Source: Lachnospiraceae bacterium (GTDB lineage Bacteria > Bacillota > Clostridia > Lachnospirales > Anaerotignaceae). From it: a DNA stretch of 64,000 nucleotides. The notes under the pieces are model-generated. The model ran no database searches and was not told where the DNA came from. It worked only from the letters and a program-made list of their open reading frames with translations. The stretch's first letter is position 1; each line of letters opens with the position of its first letter. The stretch is taken from the NCBI GenBank assembly GCA_040772665.1, contig JAXGXT010000003.1, forward strand, positions 204,085 through 268,084, in the 5' to 3' direction. Below, piece by piece: positions 26,350-36,086 of this stretch. Made by a program: the position numbers and the translations under genes.

Positions 26350-28098
26350 ATGGATATTTTTAATATTTTGAGGCTTTTGGGAGGACTTTCGCTTTTCCTT
26401 TTCGGGATGGACGTAATGGGAAAGGCCCTTGAAAAACAAGCAGGAGGAAAGCTTAAGATTATACTCGAAAAGCTGACTTCAAGTCCTTTTAAAGGTATTC
26501 TTTTAGGAATTGGAGTAGCTGCCGTTATTCAAAGTTCTTCGGCAACAACTGTTATGGTTGTTGGTTTTGTAAACTCAGGGCTTATGCAGCTTAGCCAGGC
26601 AATAGGTATTATTATGGGGGCTAACATAGGAACAACTGTTACAGCATGGCTCATAAGTCTTACAGCTATTGAAAGCAGCAATATTATATTAAATCTTTTT
26701 AAACCAAGTTCATTTACACCCATACTTGCTACAATCGGTATTGGTTTTTCCATGTTTTCAAAAAGTGAAAAGAAGAAAAATATCGGTTTAGTGTTTTTAG
26801 GTTTTACTGTTCTTATAACAGGTATGGAAATGATTACAGGAGCTGTTGAACCTTTGGCTGAGATGCCAGGATTTATAAATTTTTTTGTTTTATTTTCAAA
26901 CCCTATTTTAGGTGTTCTTGTTGGGGCTCTTCTTACAGCATCCATTCAAAGTTCTTCTGCTTCTGTTGGTATTTTACAGGCACTTAGCCAAACAGGGGCA
27001 ATAAACTACGGCAGTGCAATACCTATTATTATGGGACAAAATATCGGTACATGTGTCACAGCCATGATTGCTTCTGTGGGGGCACAAAAAAATGCAAAAA
27101 GAGCTGCGATGGTACATTTATATTTTAACATCTTAGGCACCCTTATTTTTCTTGCATTGTTTTATACTTTAAAAGCCCTTATTGGTTTTTCGTTTGTTGA
27201 TAACCCTGTTAATGCTGCAGGTGTTGCTGTTATTCATACAATATTTAATATTTCGGCAACGGCGGTGCTTCTTCCTTTTGCAAAGGTTCTTGAAAGGCTT
27301 GCTTATATTTCTATTAAGGACGATGAGGAAGATGAAGAGTTTCAAATGCTTGATGAAAGGCTTTTGGGGACACCCGGTGTTGCAGTTTATCAGTGCAAAA
27401 CAATTGCAGGCAAAATGGGTATGCTTGCCAAATCAACATTATTTGATGCTATCAAATGTCTTGACAGCAATGATCCTCATTTATTGCAAAGTGTTGTTGA
27501 CAATGAAAACAAAATTGACGTATATGAAGACAAGCTTGGAACATATCTTGTTAAGCTGAGCAAAAAGGATTTAAACCACGAGGACAGCAAAGAGGCAAGT
27601 AAAATTCTTCACTGTATTGGAGATTTTGAAAGAATTGGTGACCATGCTCTTAATATAAAAGAAGTTTCGGACGAGCTTAGGGATAAAGGAATTATATTTA
27701 CTGATGATGCAAGAAAAGAGCTTTCAATTCTTGCTGATGCAGTTAAGGAAATTGTTACAATGGCAATGGATATATTTGTTAACAACAATATTGAGCTTGC
27801 GGCACAGGTGGAGCCTTTGGAGCAGGTTATAAACATTCTTAAGGCAAACCTTAAATCAAACCATATTGAAAGACTGCAAAAAGGCGAATGCACAACGGAG
27901 ATGGGTTTTATATTTTCTGACCTTATAACTAACTATGAAAGAGTTTCTGATCATTGCTCAAATATTGCAGTTTGTATAATAGAGATTGAAAACAACAGTT
28001 TATCTACACATGAATATATTCATGAACTTAAAAAATCTCACAATGATTATTTTGAAAAACAATTTGAGGCATATAAGGCAAAGTATGCTCTTAGATAA
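26350..28098 (+). CDS. Na/Pi-cotransporter family protein with a C-terminal PhoU-like domain
   Basis: LLGGLSLFLFGM and duplicated QSSSA(T/S) motifs, with a helical PhoU-like tail. Confidence 0.88.
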   Translation: MDIFNILRLLGGLSLFLFGMDVMGKALEKQAGGKLKIILEKLTSSPFKGILLGIGVAAVIQSSSATTVMVVGFVNSGLMQLSQAIGIIMGANIGTTVTAWLISLTAIESSNIILNLFKPSSFTPILATIGIGFSMFSKSEKKKNIGLVFLGFTVLITGMEMITGAVEPLAEMPGFINFFVLFSNPILGVLVGALLTASIQSSSASVGILQALSQTGAINYGSAIPIIMGQNIGTCVTAMIASVGAQKNAKRAAMVHLYFNILGTLIFLALFYTLKALIGFSFVDNPVNAAGVAVIHTIFNISATAVLLPFAKVLERLAYISIKDDEEDEEFQMLDERLLGTPGVAVYQCKTIAGKMGMLAKSTLFDAIKCLDSNDPHLLQSVVDNENKIDVYEDKLGTYLVKLSKKDLNHEDSKEASKILHCIGDFERIGDHALNIKEVSDELRDKGIIFTDDARKELSILADAVKEIVTMAMDIFVNNNIELAAQVEPLEQVINILKANLKSNHIERLQKGECTTEMGFIFSDLITNYERVSDHCSNIAVCIIEIENNSLSTHEYIHELKKSHNDYFEKQFEAYKAKYALR

Positions 28099-28169
28099 AG
28101 GGCTGTTTATTTAGACCTTAACATATTTGTTTGAAGTAAATAGCAAAACTAAGAAAAAGACTTAAAAAA

Positions 28170-28240
28170 TGAGTATTTTGGAGGAAAAGATGGTTTGCAT
28201 ATTTTATTATATGTATTTTCTCCGGATACTCAGTTTTTTT
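28170..28240 (+). terminator. Long hairpin terminator after the Na/Pi transporter gene
   Basis: tgagtattttggaggaaaa pairs with ttttctccggatactca and is followed by T7. Confidence 0.7.
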
Positions 28241-28354
28241 ATTATAAATTAGTTGTATAATGTAGGAAAGGTTAAGTTGATTTTATAAATATTTTAAAGT
28301 TTAGAGAAATCAAATTTAATATACAGAAAAGGTTTTAGGAGTTGAAAAGCAGAG

Positions 28355-29218
28355 ATGATTAAAAAGGTAGCGGCTATAAATGATTTGTCAGGGGCAGGAA
28401 GATGTTCTTTAACGGTGACTATTCCCATATTAAGTGCTTTAGGGGTTCAGGCATGTCCTTTACCAACGGCTGTTTTAAGCAACCAGACAGGTTATCCCCA
28501 TTATTTTATTGAAAACTTTACAGATGGTATGGTTAAGGTTATAGAGCAGTGGAAGAAACACGGATTTTGTTTTGACGGAATTTACACAGGGTTTTTATCG
28601 GATGAAAAACAGGCGGATATAATTAAAGACTTTGTTAAAGAGTTTAAGAGGGAAAAAACCATATTTCTTGTTGATCCTGTTATGGGGGATAACGGAAAGA
28701 CTTATCCCGGTTTTAATAAGGAACTGATTAAAAAACTGTGTTCCCTTGCATTTGATGCAGATATTATAACTCCAAACTTGACAGAGTGTTGCGTGCTTTT
28801 AGACTTAGACTACAAAAGTATAATGAAAGGTATTGAAAAAGGTGAGCTTGACATGGTTTATAATGCGGCAAAAGGGCTTTTGGAAGGACAGGCGAAAACT
28901 GCTGTTATTACGGGAATACCATGTTGTGAAAACGGAGAAAAGATAATTCAAAATGCTGTTGCAGATAAAAATGGAGTAAGGTTTGTAAAAGGTGCAATGA
29001 TTGGCGGAAGTTATTCGGGAACAGGGGATATTTTTTCATCTATTCTTTGCGGAATGATAATGAGGGGAAAAAGTATTGATTTGGCTGTTGAGCTTGCAAC
29101 AAAATTTGTGGAAACAGCCGTTAGAGATACTATAATTGAAAAAACTGACAGAAACCATGGCATAAATTTTGAAAAGTTTATGTATATGCTAACAGATGAA
29201 GTTAAAAATATTGATTAA
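28355..29218 (+). CDS. pdxK: Pyridoxal/pyridoxamine kinase (PdxK/PdxY family)
   Basis: Ribokinase-fold N-terminus (INDLSGAGRCSL...PLPTAVLSNQTGY) and a GTGD motif near the C-terminus. Confidence 0.75.
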   Translation: MIKKVAAINDLSGAGRCSLTVTIPILSALGVQACPLPTAVLSNQTGYPHYFIENFTDGMVKVIEQWKKHGFCFDGIYTGFLSDEKQADIIKDFVKEFKREKTIFLVDPVMGDNGKTYPGFNKELIKKLCSLAFDADIITPNLTECCVLLDLDYKSIMKGIEKGELDMVYNAAKGLLEGQAKTAVITGIPCCENGEKIIQNAVADKNGVRFVKGAMIGGSYSGTGDIFSSILCGMIMRGKSIDLAVELATKFVETAVRDTIIEKTDRNHGINFEKFMYMLTDEVKNID

Positions 29219-29393
29219 AGTTTGATTTTACTGATTTTAGGCTTTATAAATAAGAAGTTTTTGTATATAATAGATATGGACATAAAGAACATAATGTAAT
29301 AAAATTACTATGAAGCTTAGTTTGTAGTTAAAAAATACCTAAACGAATTAGGTGCTTAACGTGAAAGTTAAATGTTGCGAAGGAGCGATGAAA

Positions 29394-30704
29394 ATGAAGT
29401 TTATTGAGTTTCCGGAAATGAATTTCAAAGTGGAAGGTATGGAAGGAATAAAAATTCCGAGGATGGTAAAGATTAGGCAAAAGTATGAAAGTGATAAAAT
29501 TGAAAATATAAAAGAAAAGCTTTTAGATGAAATGGAAAAGCTTTCAAACAAGGCAGACCTTAAAGGCAAAAGACTTGCAATTACAGCCGGAAGCCGTGGA
29601 ATTCCTGATTTGGATTTAATGATTAAAACAATTTGTGACAAGCTTAAAGAATGGGGTGCCGAGCCGTTTATTATTCCTGCAATGGGAAGCCATGGTGGAG
29701 GAACGGTTGAGGGCCAGCTTGAAATTATTAACGGTTATGGAATTACAGAAGAAGCAATGGGAGTGCCTATACTTGCGTCTATGGAAACTGTTCTTGTCGG
29801 CGAAATGCCTGATGGAACACCTATATATTGCGACAAATATGCTTATGAGGCAGACGGAATTATTCTTTTAAACAAAATTAAGGCCCACACAGATTTTAAA
29901 GGCGAGCATGAAAGCGGTCTTTTAAAGATGATGGCCATTGGAATTGCCAAGCACAAGGGTGCATCATGGTTCCATATGCAGGGCTTTGATACATTTGCCG
30001 AAAGAATTCCCATTGTTGCAAAGGAGTTTTTGGCAAGAATGAATGTTGTTTTCGGTGTTGGAGTTGTGCAGAACGCTTATGACGAAATCAGCGAAATAGA
30101 GGTTATGGAAAAAGATAAAATTGTTGAGCGTGACCATGAACTTCTTAAGATTTCTAAGGAAAGGCTGGCAAAGCTTAAATTTGACAATATTGATGTACTT
30201 ATTGTTGATAAAATCGGCAAAAATATAAGCGGTGAGGGTCATGACCCTAACGTAACCGGAAGAAGTTTTATGCCTGGTTTTGAAGATGATTTTAGAACAC
30301 AAAAGCTTTTTATAAGAGGACTTACTGAAGAAACTCATCACAATGCATGTGGTTTAGGCGGTGCAGACATTACAACAAGAAGATGTCTTAACAGTGTTGA
30401 CTGGGAAAGCACATGGATTAACCTTGGAACAAACACTATGATTGACGGCGGAAAGATACCTATGTATCTTAACAATGACAGAGAGGCTCTTCTTCTTGCA
30501 ATTCGTACATGCCGTAAAATTGATTATAACAAAGCAAGAATTGCACGTATTCCAGACACTCTTCATCTTGATGAAATTGAGATTTCCGAAACTCTTATTG
30601 GAGATATTCAGGGAAGAGAAGATGTTGAAATTATATCTGAGCCATATGAAATGCCTTTTGATGATGAAGGTTTTATGATTGACTGGTTTGAAGAGTACAA
30701 ATAA
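29394..30704 (+). CDS. LarA-N / DUF2088-like (lactate-racemase-domain) protein, function unknown
   Basis: The ITAGSRGI and PAMGSHGG segments are as I recall for this family. GAAGGAG RBS before ATG 29394. Confidence 0.5.
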   Translation: MKFIEFPEMNFKVEGMEGIKIPRMVKIRQKYESDKIENIKEKLLDEMEKLSNKADLKGKRLAITAGSRGIPDLDLMIKTICDKLKEWGAEPFIIPAMGSHGGGTVEGQLEIINGYGITEEAMGVPILASMETVLVGEMPDGTPIYCDKYAYEADGIILLNKIKAHTDFKGEHESGLLKMMAIGIAKHKGASWFHMQGFDTFAERIPIVAKEFLARMNVVFGVGVVQNAYDEISEIEVMEKDKIVERDHELLKISKERLAKLKFDNIDVLIVDKIGKNISGEGHDPNVTGRSFMPGFEDDFRTQKLFIRGLTEETHHNACGLGGADITTRRCLNSVDWESTWINLGTNTMIDGGKIPMYLNNDREALLLAIRTCRKIDYNKARIARIPDTLHLDEIEISETLIGDIQGREDVEIISEPYEMPFDDEGFMIDWFEEYK

Positions 30705-30807
30705 GCTATGGGAAGCCGCTGAAAGATTTGGTGGTTAGTATATTAAAAAGCTAAAAACTGCTTGTTTAAAAGACAAAAGTTTATTAAAAATCTAAGATTT
30801 ATTTCAT

Positions 30808-30843
30808 AAAAATAACTGCCGATTTACTCGGCAGTTATTTTAT
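30808..30843. terminator. Bidirectional terminator between convergent genes
   Basis: aaataactgccg / cggcagttattt 12-bp stem with A/T runs on both flanks. Confidence 0.75.
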
Positions 30844-32195
30844 TTTCTTGAAGGTGAGTTTTTATATATTTGCTGATATTTTTGCATTCTCAGTTTTCTT
30901 CTTTTTCTTCTTTTTTCATAGTTAATTTTATTTATAACAAATCTTATTATCGTTATAATAAACAATGAAGAAAGAAGAATTGAGCTGACGAGAAGAATAT
31001 TTATAGGTTTAATTTCTTTATCTTTTTCCGTTTTGGCCGGGGAAAGAATTGTTGTGTCTGAAACAAGTTTTCCAGCTGCAATTATACTATTGTTAAGAGT
31101 GAATTTAACATCTGAAAGAAGTTCCCCTTTTTTAATGGGGGATTCGTAGCTTTCTTTTATGGTGAAGTCAGGCTTAATAAGGCTTAGGTTTGTGTTTTTT
31201 GGCAAAGTTACTATTATATCGTCTTCATAGACGGCGTTGATTGTGCCAAGATTTACAGTTTTTCTTTTATCGGTTTGCAAAACCTGGGCATCAATTGGAG
31301 AATAGCCTTTGCTTGCAATTTTTTTTGTTTCAAAGTTATTAAAGCCGTAATCAAAAAGAGTTTTTGTGTCTGTATATGCGCCATAGCCTGTGGATTTTAA
31401 AACAACTGCAACAAGCTGGGTTTCCCCCTCATTAGCAAAGGAAACAAGTGTGTTGCCCGCCTCGTTTGTAAAGCCTGTTTTTCCGCCTTCACACTTTTCG
31501 TAATAGAATATTGAGCTTGGTTTTATAAGCTGATTTTGGCCATATAGATACCTTATTTCAGGCTGTTTATTTGTTGGCGGAATTTCATAATATGTTGTTG
31601 ACATAAGTGTTTTGAAAAAATCGTATTTTAAAACTTCTTTGCCGATTAAAGCCATATCATATGCTGTTGTGTAGTGGTTTTCGTTATGAAGACCGTTTGC
31701 GTTTACAAAGTTTGTGCCTTCACAGCCAAGCTCTTTGGCTCGGGCAGTCATTTTTTCAGCAAAAAGCTCCATTGAGCCTGAAATGTGCTCTCCCACACCA
31801 TTTGAAACTTCGTTTGCAGATTGAAGCATAATTGCATAAAGTGCCTGTTCCATTGTTATTTCTTCCCCTGCATCTATGGCAATATGGCTGCTGTTTCGCT
31901 CGATGGAAAAAACAGCATCATGGGAAAAGGTTATTGTTTGGTCAAAGCCGCCGTGTTCCAAAGCAAGAAGAACTGTCATAAGCTTTGTTATGCTGGCAGG
32001 ATAATGTTTTTCGTGTATATTTTTTTCGTAAAGAATTTCTCCTGTTGCCGCATCCATAAGTATTGCACTTTGAGCCTCAAGAGTTATTGAAGCCGCCTCT
32101 TCTTTCGCCGGTTGGGGAATTGAGAGTGCTTTTGCCGTTAAGGAATTGGAAAGTGTGATTACAGCTATTAAAAAAATAGAAAGTTTCTTTTTCAT
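30840..32195 (-). CDS. dacB: Serine-type D-Ala-D-Ala carboxypeptidase (PBP5/6 class) with a C-terminal membrane anchor
   Basis: ASITKLMT SxxK motif, SANE (SxN) motif and a signal peptide. AGGAG RBS before the second ATG (32195). Confidence 0.88.
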   Translation of the reverse strand: MKKKLSIFLIAVITLSNSLTAKALSIPQPAKEEAASITLEAQSAILMDAATGEILYEKNIHEKHYPASITKLMTVLLALEHGGFDQTITFSHDAVFSIERNSSHIAIDAGEEITMEQALYAIMLQSANEVSNGVGEHISGSMELFAEKMTARAKELGCEGTNFVNANGLHNENHYTTAYDMALIGKEVLKYDFFKTLMSTTYYEIPPTNKQPEIRYLYGQNQLIKPSSIFYYEKCEGGKTGFTNEAGNTLVSFANEGETQLVAVVLKSTGYGAYTDTKTLFDYGFNNFETKKIASKGYSPIDAQVLQTDKRKTVNLGTINAVYEDDIIVTLPKNTNLSLIKPDFTIKESYESPIKKGELLSDVKFTLNNSIIAAGKLVSDTTILSPAKTEKDKEIKPINILLVSSILLSSLFIITIIRFVINKINYEKRRKRRKLRMQKYQQIYKNSPSRK

Positions 32196-32326
32196 TATAT
32201 AACTCCTATGTATTTTTTTCATTATTCATGCTACAATAGTATAGCAGAAAATTATGAATTATAAACCAAAAAAATTATTAAATTTTTAAATTGAGTTTTA
32301 AATTAAATTTTAAGAGGATGTTTTTT

Positions 32327-32968
32327 GTGAAAGATACCTTTAATAAAAATAAAGTTATTGTTATTGTTTCTCTGCTTTTAATTACATCTTCGATTTTTTA
32401 CATTATATATAATATTGCCGCAGGTATAAACAATTCCCCTAAAAGCGAAATATTATACCAAAATATGATTGTTTCACAAGGGTTTTCAAAAGAGCTTTAT
32501 GACTTGAGGTTTAAAGAGAAGGAAAATGAAGTTTACGAATATGAAAAAAGCCAAAGTGCTGAAGAAGGTAATGAAAAAAATTCGGAGCAATCAGCTGACG
32601 GTGGGAAATCTCTTAAGGAAAGGAAAACAAAAGAAATTCAAGGAGTAAAAGTGCCTATATATACACAGGCTGAAATTAAAAAAATGGAAAGTGAAGAAAG
32701 TACGGATGTATTTATTTTTAATGAAGAAGATTACTATGCTGAAAATGTTATTAACATAAATATGGCTGACAAAAACTCCCTTATGGATCTTGAAGGCGTG
32801 GATGAGATTCTTGCGGAAAGCATTTTGAAATACAGAGCCGACCATGGAGGGTTTTTGACAGCAAAAGCTATAAAAGCTGTTGACGGAATGACCGAAGAAA
32901 TATATGAAAAAAATAAAGACATAATAACCGTCAGCAAAATTTCCAAACCAAAAGAAAAGGAGAATTAG
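32327..32968 (+). CDS. comEA: ComEA-like helix-hairpin-helix DNA-binding membrane protein
   Basis: C-terminal INMADKNSLMDLEGVDEILAESILKYR..HGGF HhH module and an N-terminal TM helix. The start is uncertain (TTG 32291, ATG 32318 or GTG 32327). Confidence 0.75.
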   Translation: MKDTFNKNKVIVIVSLLLITSSIFYIIYNIAAGINNSPKSEILYQNMIVSQGFSKELYDLRFKEKENEVYEYEKSQSAEEGNEKNSEQSADGGKSLKERKTKEIQGVKVPIYTQAEIKKMESEESTDVFIFNEEDYYAENVININMADKNSLMDLEGVDEILAESILKYRADHGGFLTAKAIKAVDGMTEEIYEKNKDIITVSKISKPKEKEN

Positions 32969-32970
32969 AA

Positions 32971-33663
32971 ATGCCTTATAAAATTTTAGTGGTAGACGAC
33001 GAAAAACTTATTGTTAAAGGAATTAAATTCAGCCTTGAACAAGAAGGAATGGAGGTTAGCGCTGCATATGACGGCGAGGAAGCCCTTAATTATATTAAAG
33101 AAAACGAATTCGACCTTGTTGTTTTAGATGTTATGCTTCCTAAAATGGACGGACTTGAAGTATGTCAGCAGGTCAGAAGTTTTTCACAGGTGCCTATTAT
33201 TATGGTGACTGCAAAAGACGAAGATATGGACAAAATTATGGGTCTTGAATACGGGGCTGATGATTATATAACAAAGCCTTTTAACATCCTTGAGCTTAAA
33301 GCAAGAATTAAAGCAATTTTAAGAAGAAGTGTTAAAAAGATTGATGTTAAGGCAAGCCAAAAAAGAAATGTTCTTGAAATTAGAGGAATAAGAATTGAGT
33401 TTGAAAGCAGAAGAGTTTTTATAAACGGTAAAGAGGTTAATTTGACTGCAAAAGAGTTTGACCTTTTGGAGCTTTTTATGGAAAACCAGGGAAAGGTTTA
33501 TAACAGGGATAATCTTTTGGATCTTGTTTGGGGTTTTGATTATCCCGGAGATGCAAGAACGGTTGACGTTCACGTTCGTCGTTTAAGAGAAAAAATTGAA
33601 GCCAACCCAAGCGAGCCTCAATATATATTTACAAAATGGGGAGTGGGATATTACTTTGGATAA
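32971..33663 (+). CDS. OmpR-family response regulator
   Basis: ILVVDDE...DLVVLDVMLPKMDG receiver domain plus a winged-helix output domain (VDVHVRRLREKIE). Confidence 0.95.
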   Translation: MPYKILVVDDEKLIVKGIKFSLEQEGMEVSAAYDGEEALNYIKENEFDLVVLDVMLPKMDGLEVCQQVRSFSQVPIIMVTAKDEDMDKIMGLEYGADDYITKPFNILELKARIKAILRRSVKKIDVKASQKRNVLEIRGIRIEFESRRVFINGKEVNLTAKEFDLLELFMENQGKVYNRDNLLDLVWGFDYPGDARTVDVHVRRLREKIEANPSEPQYIFTKWGVGYYFG

Positions 33664-35071
33664 TGTTAAGCACAGAAAGGGAATAAGGTGGCTGCTTTTT
33701 ATTACTTATGTCTTAACGGGCATAGTCCCTCTTTTGCTTCTTAGCAACATTGTTTTTAAGACAACCGAGAAATATTATATTGAAGAAAGAAAAAGAGAAT
33801 TATTAAATCAGGCAAACATACTTTCAGGGCATATTGTTATATCTGATTATTTATATGATTTGGAAAAAACCGCCGAGTTTAACAGAGATATAGACCAAAC
33901 AAGCTCTCAAGGCGGTTTTAGAATTATTGTTACCGACTATATGGGAATGGTTGTTAATGATTCCAACAATACAGAGATTAATAAAACATACCTTATTCCT
34001 GAGGTTATAGAGGCTCTTGACAGCAAGGACGTTGCAAGAGTTCAAGAAAACGGCAGTATTTATGCAGCGGCATCCATTGTAAGTGACGATGGGGTTAAGC
34101 TGGGGGCTGTTCTTATTGCAGATATGCCCACAGAGATTAACATGCGTATGGAGGAAATAAGAAAGCAGACATACATAATGACGGCGGTAATTATTGTTGT
34201 TGTTTTGGCGGTTGTGTTTATTTTTGCACAAATGATTACAGACCCTCTTGAGAGAATGACTAAAATTATAAGAAAAATGGCCGACGGACATCTGGATCAG
34301 AGAATTCCCCTTTCCACCCTTAGCAACAACGAAATTATGGAGGTGGGAGAGGCCGTTAACCACATGGCTGAAAAACTTCAGCAGGTGGATATTTCAAGAC
34401 AGCAGTTTGTAAGCAATGTAAGCCATGAACTTAAAACACCTTTAAGTTCCATAAAGGTTTTAAGCGAATCAATACTTCTTAACGCTGAAGCCCCAAGGGA
34501 GATGTATGTTGAGTTTTTGCAAGACATTACAAACGAGGTTGACAGAATGACTGAAATAATTAACGACTTGCTTACTCTTGTAAGGCTTGACCAAAAGGAT
34601 ATTCCCATAAATTTTAAAAATGCAAATATAAATGAAGTGGTAGGCAAAATAATAAAGCGGCTTAACCCTTTGGCCCAGTATAAAAACATAGGGCTTCACT
34701 ATGATGAGGTTGAAGATGTTTTTGCAGACATTGATGAAACAAAGTTTACACTTGCTGTAAGCAATCTTTTGGAAAATGCCATTAAATATACTGATGAGGG
34801 TGGTTTTGTTAAAATAACTCTTGACTGTGACCACCAAAATGCTTTTATCACTGTTAGTGATACAGGGGTTGGAATTGCAGATGATGAGATAGGGAAAATT
34901 TTTGATAGGTTTTACAGAGTTGATAAAACACGTGACAGAGAAACAGGAGGCACAGGCCTTGGCCTTGCCATAACCCATTCCACCATCCTTATGCATGATG
35001 GAAGCATTAGGGTAAGCAGCAAAGAAAATGAAGGAACTACCTTTGTTGTGCGTGTTCCGCTTGTTCATTGA
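33656..35071 (+). CDS. Sensor histidine kinase (2 TM, HAMP, HisKA, HATPase_c)
   Basis: SHELKTPLSSI H-box and the N, G1 (DTGVGI) and G2 (GGTGLGLAI) boxes. The start is uncertain: TTG 33656, or ATG 33596 which would overlap the regulator gene by 68 nt. Confidence 0.9.
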   Translation: MDNVKHRKGIRWLLFITYVLTGIVPLLLLSNIVFKTTEKYYIEERKRELLNQANILSGHIVISDYLYDLEKTAEFNRDIDQTSSQGGFRIIVTDYMGMVVNDSNNTEINKTYLIPEVIEALDSKDVARVQENGSIYAAASIVSDDGVKLGAVLIADMPTEINMRMEEIRKQTYIMTAVIIVVVLAVVFIFAQMITDPLERMTKIIRKMADGHLDQRIPLSTLSNNEIMEVGEAVNHMAEKLQQVDISRQQFVSNVSHELKTPLSSIKVLSESILLNAEAPREMYVEFLQDITNEVDRMTEIINDLLTLVRLDQKDIPINFKNANINEVVGKIIKRLNPLAQYKNIGLHYDEVEDVFADIDETKFTLAVSNLLENAIKYTDEGGFVKITLDCDHQNAFITVSDTGVGIADDEIGKIFDRFYRVDKTRDRETGGTGLGLAITHSTILMHDGSIRVSSKENEGTTFVVRVPLVH

Positions 35072-35094
35072 GTTTTAGGAAGAGAGGGATTTTT

Positions 35095-36036
35095 TTGAAA
35101 AAAAATGTAATGTTTTATATTGTTGCGGCTGTTGTGGTTTTTATTTGTGCTGCTTTAGCATTGTCCTTTTTTCCTAAAGAGCAGATTGTTTCCAAAGAAC
35201 CTATGAGCCTTACCCAGGAGGTTTATTATGTGGAAAGAGAAAACAGCAAAATGCAGGAGGAATTAAGGGAAATAGGCGGGAAAAGCCTTGAGGAAATGCT
35301 TGAAAATGCAGTTTTGCAAATGCGTATGCCTTCAAAAAATGAAGCTTTGGCTGTTGCAATACCTGAGCAGATAGAAATGATTGGAATTGCTCTTGAAGAG
35401 GGGATTGCAAAAGTAAACCTTTCTGCAAACTACAGCGAGCTTAAAAAAGGCGACGAAATGTTTTGCAGAGCGGCACTTGTTTGGACACTTACAGGGTTCT
35501 ATTTTGTTGACGGGGTTGAGCTTTTAGTTGATGGTGTGCCCCTTAAAAAAGCAAACGGTGACCCGTTTGGAGCATTTAACAGAAATGACTTGATTGTTAA
35601 TGTGCAAATAGAGGCAGAGCCTACAAATGTAAGCAGAATATTTAAGCTGTATTTTTCAAACTCCGACGCCACAGCTCTTGTTGTGGAAGAAAGACAAGTT
35701 GAAGTTAACAACAACCAGCGCATAGAAAAATATATTATGGAGCAGCTTATTGCAGGGCCTAAAGAGGAAGGGAACTGGGCTACTGTGCCGCCTGAAACAA
35801 AAATAAGAGATATTGTTACACAGGATAAAATTTGTTATGTTGATTTAAGTCAGGAGTTTGTTTCAAAACATTCAGGAGGCTCGGCAGGTGAGATTTTGAC
35901 AATCTATTCAATAGTAAATTCCCTTTGCGAGCTTAAGGATATTGAAAAAGTGCAGTTTTTAATTGAAGGGGAAAAACAGGAGGAATTTAAAGGGCATATT
36001 GAGTTTGGAAAACCTTTTGAGCCTAAAGATTATTAA
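35095..36036 (+). CDS. GerMN-domain (GerM-like) membrane-anchored protein
   Basis: Two Germane-like segments (..LIAGPKEEG....PPETKIRD......CYVDLSQEF). The start is uncertain (35068, 35095 or 35110). Confidence 0.6.
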   Translation: MKKNVMFYIVAAVVVFICAALALSFFPKEQIVSKEPMSLTQEVYYVERENSKMQEELREIGGKSLEEMLENAVLQMRMPSKNEALAVAIPEQIEMIGIALEEGIAKVNLSANYSELKKGDEMFCRAALVWTLTGFYFVDGVELLVDGVPLKKANGDPFGAFNRNDLIVNVQIEAEPTNVSRIFKLYFSNSDATALVVEERQVEVNNNQRIEKYIMEQLIAGPKEEGNWATVPPETKIRDIVTQDKICYVDLSQEFVSKHSGGSAGEILTIYSIVNSLCELKDIEKVQFLIEGEKQEEFKGHIEFGKPFEPKDY

Positions 36037-36086
36037 GCTGTGATTTGAATTAACCAAAAAACAAGGTTTTTAATGAGGGCAAGAGT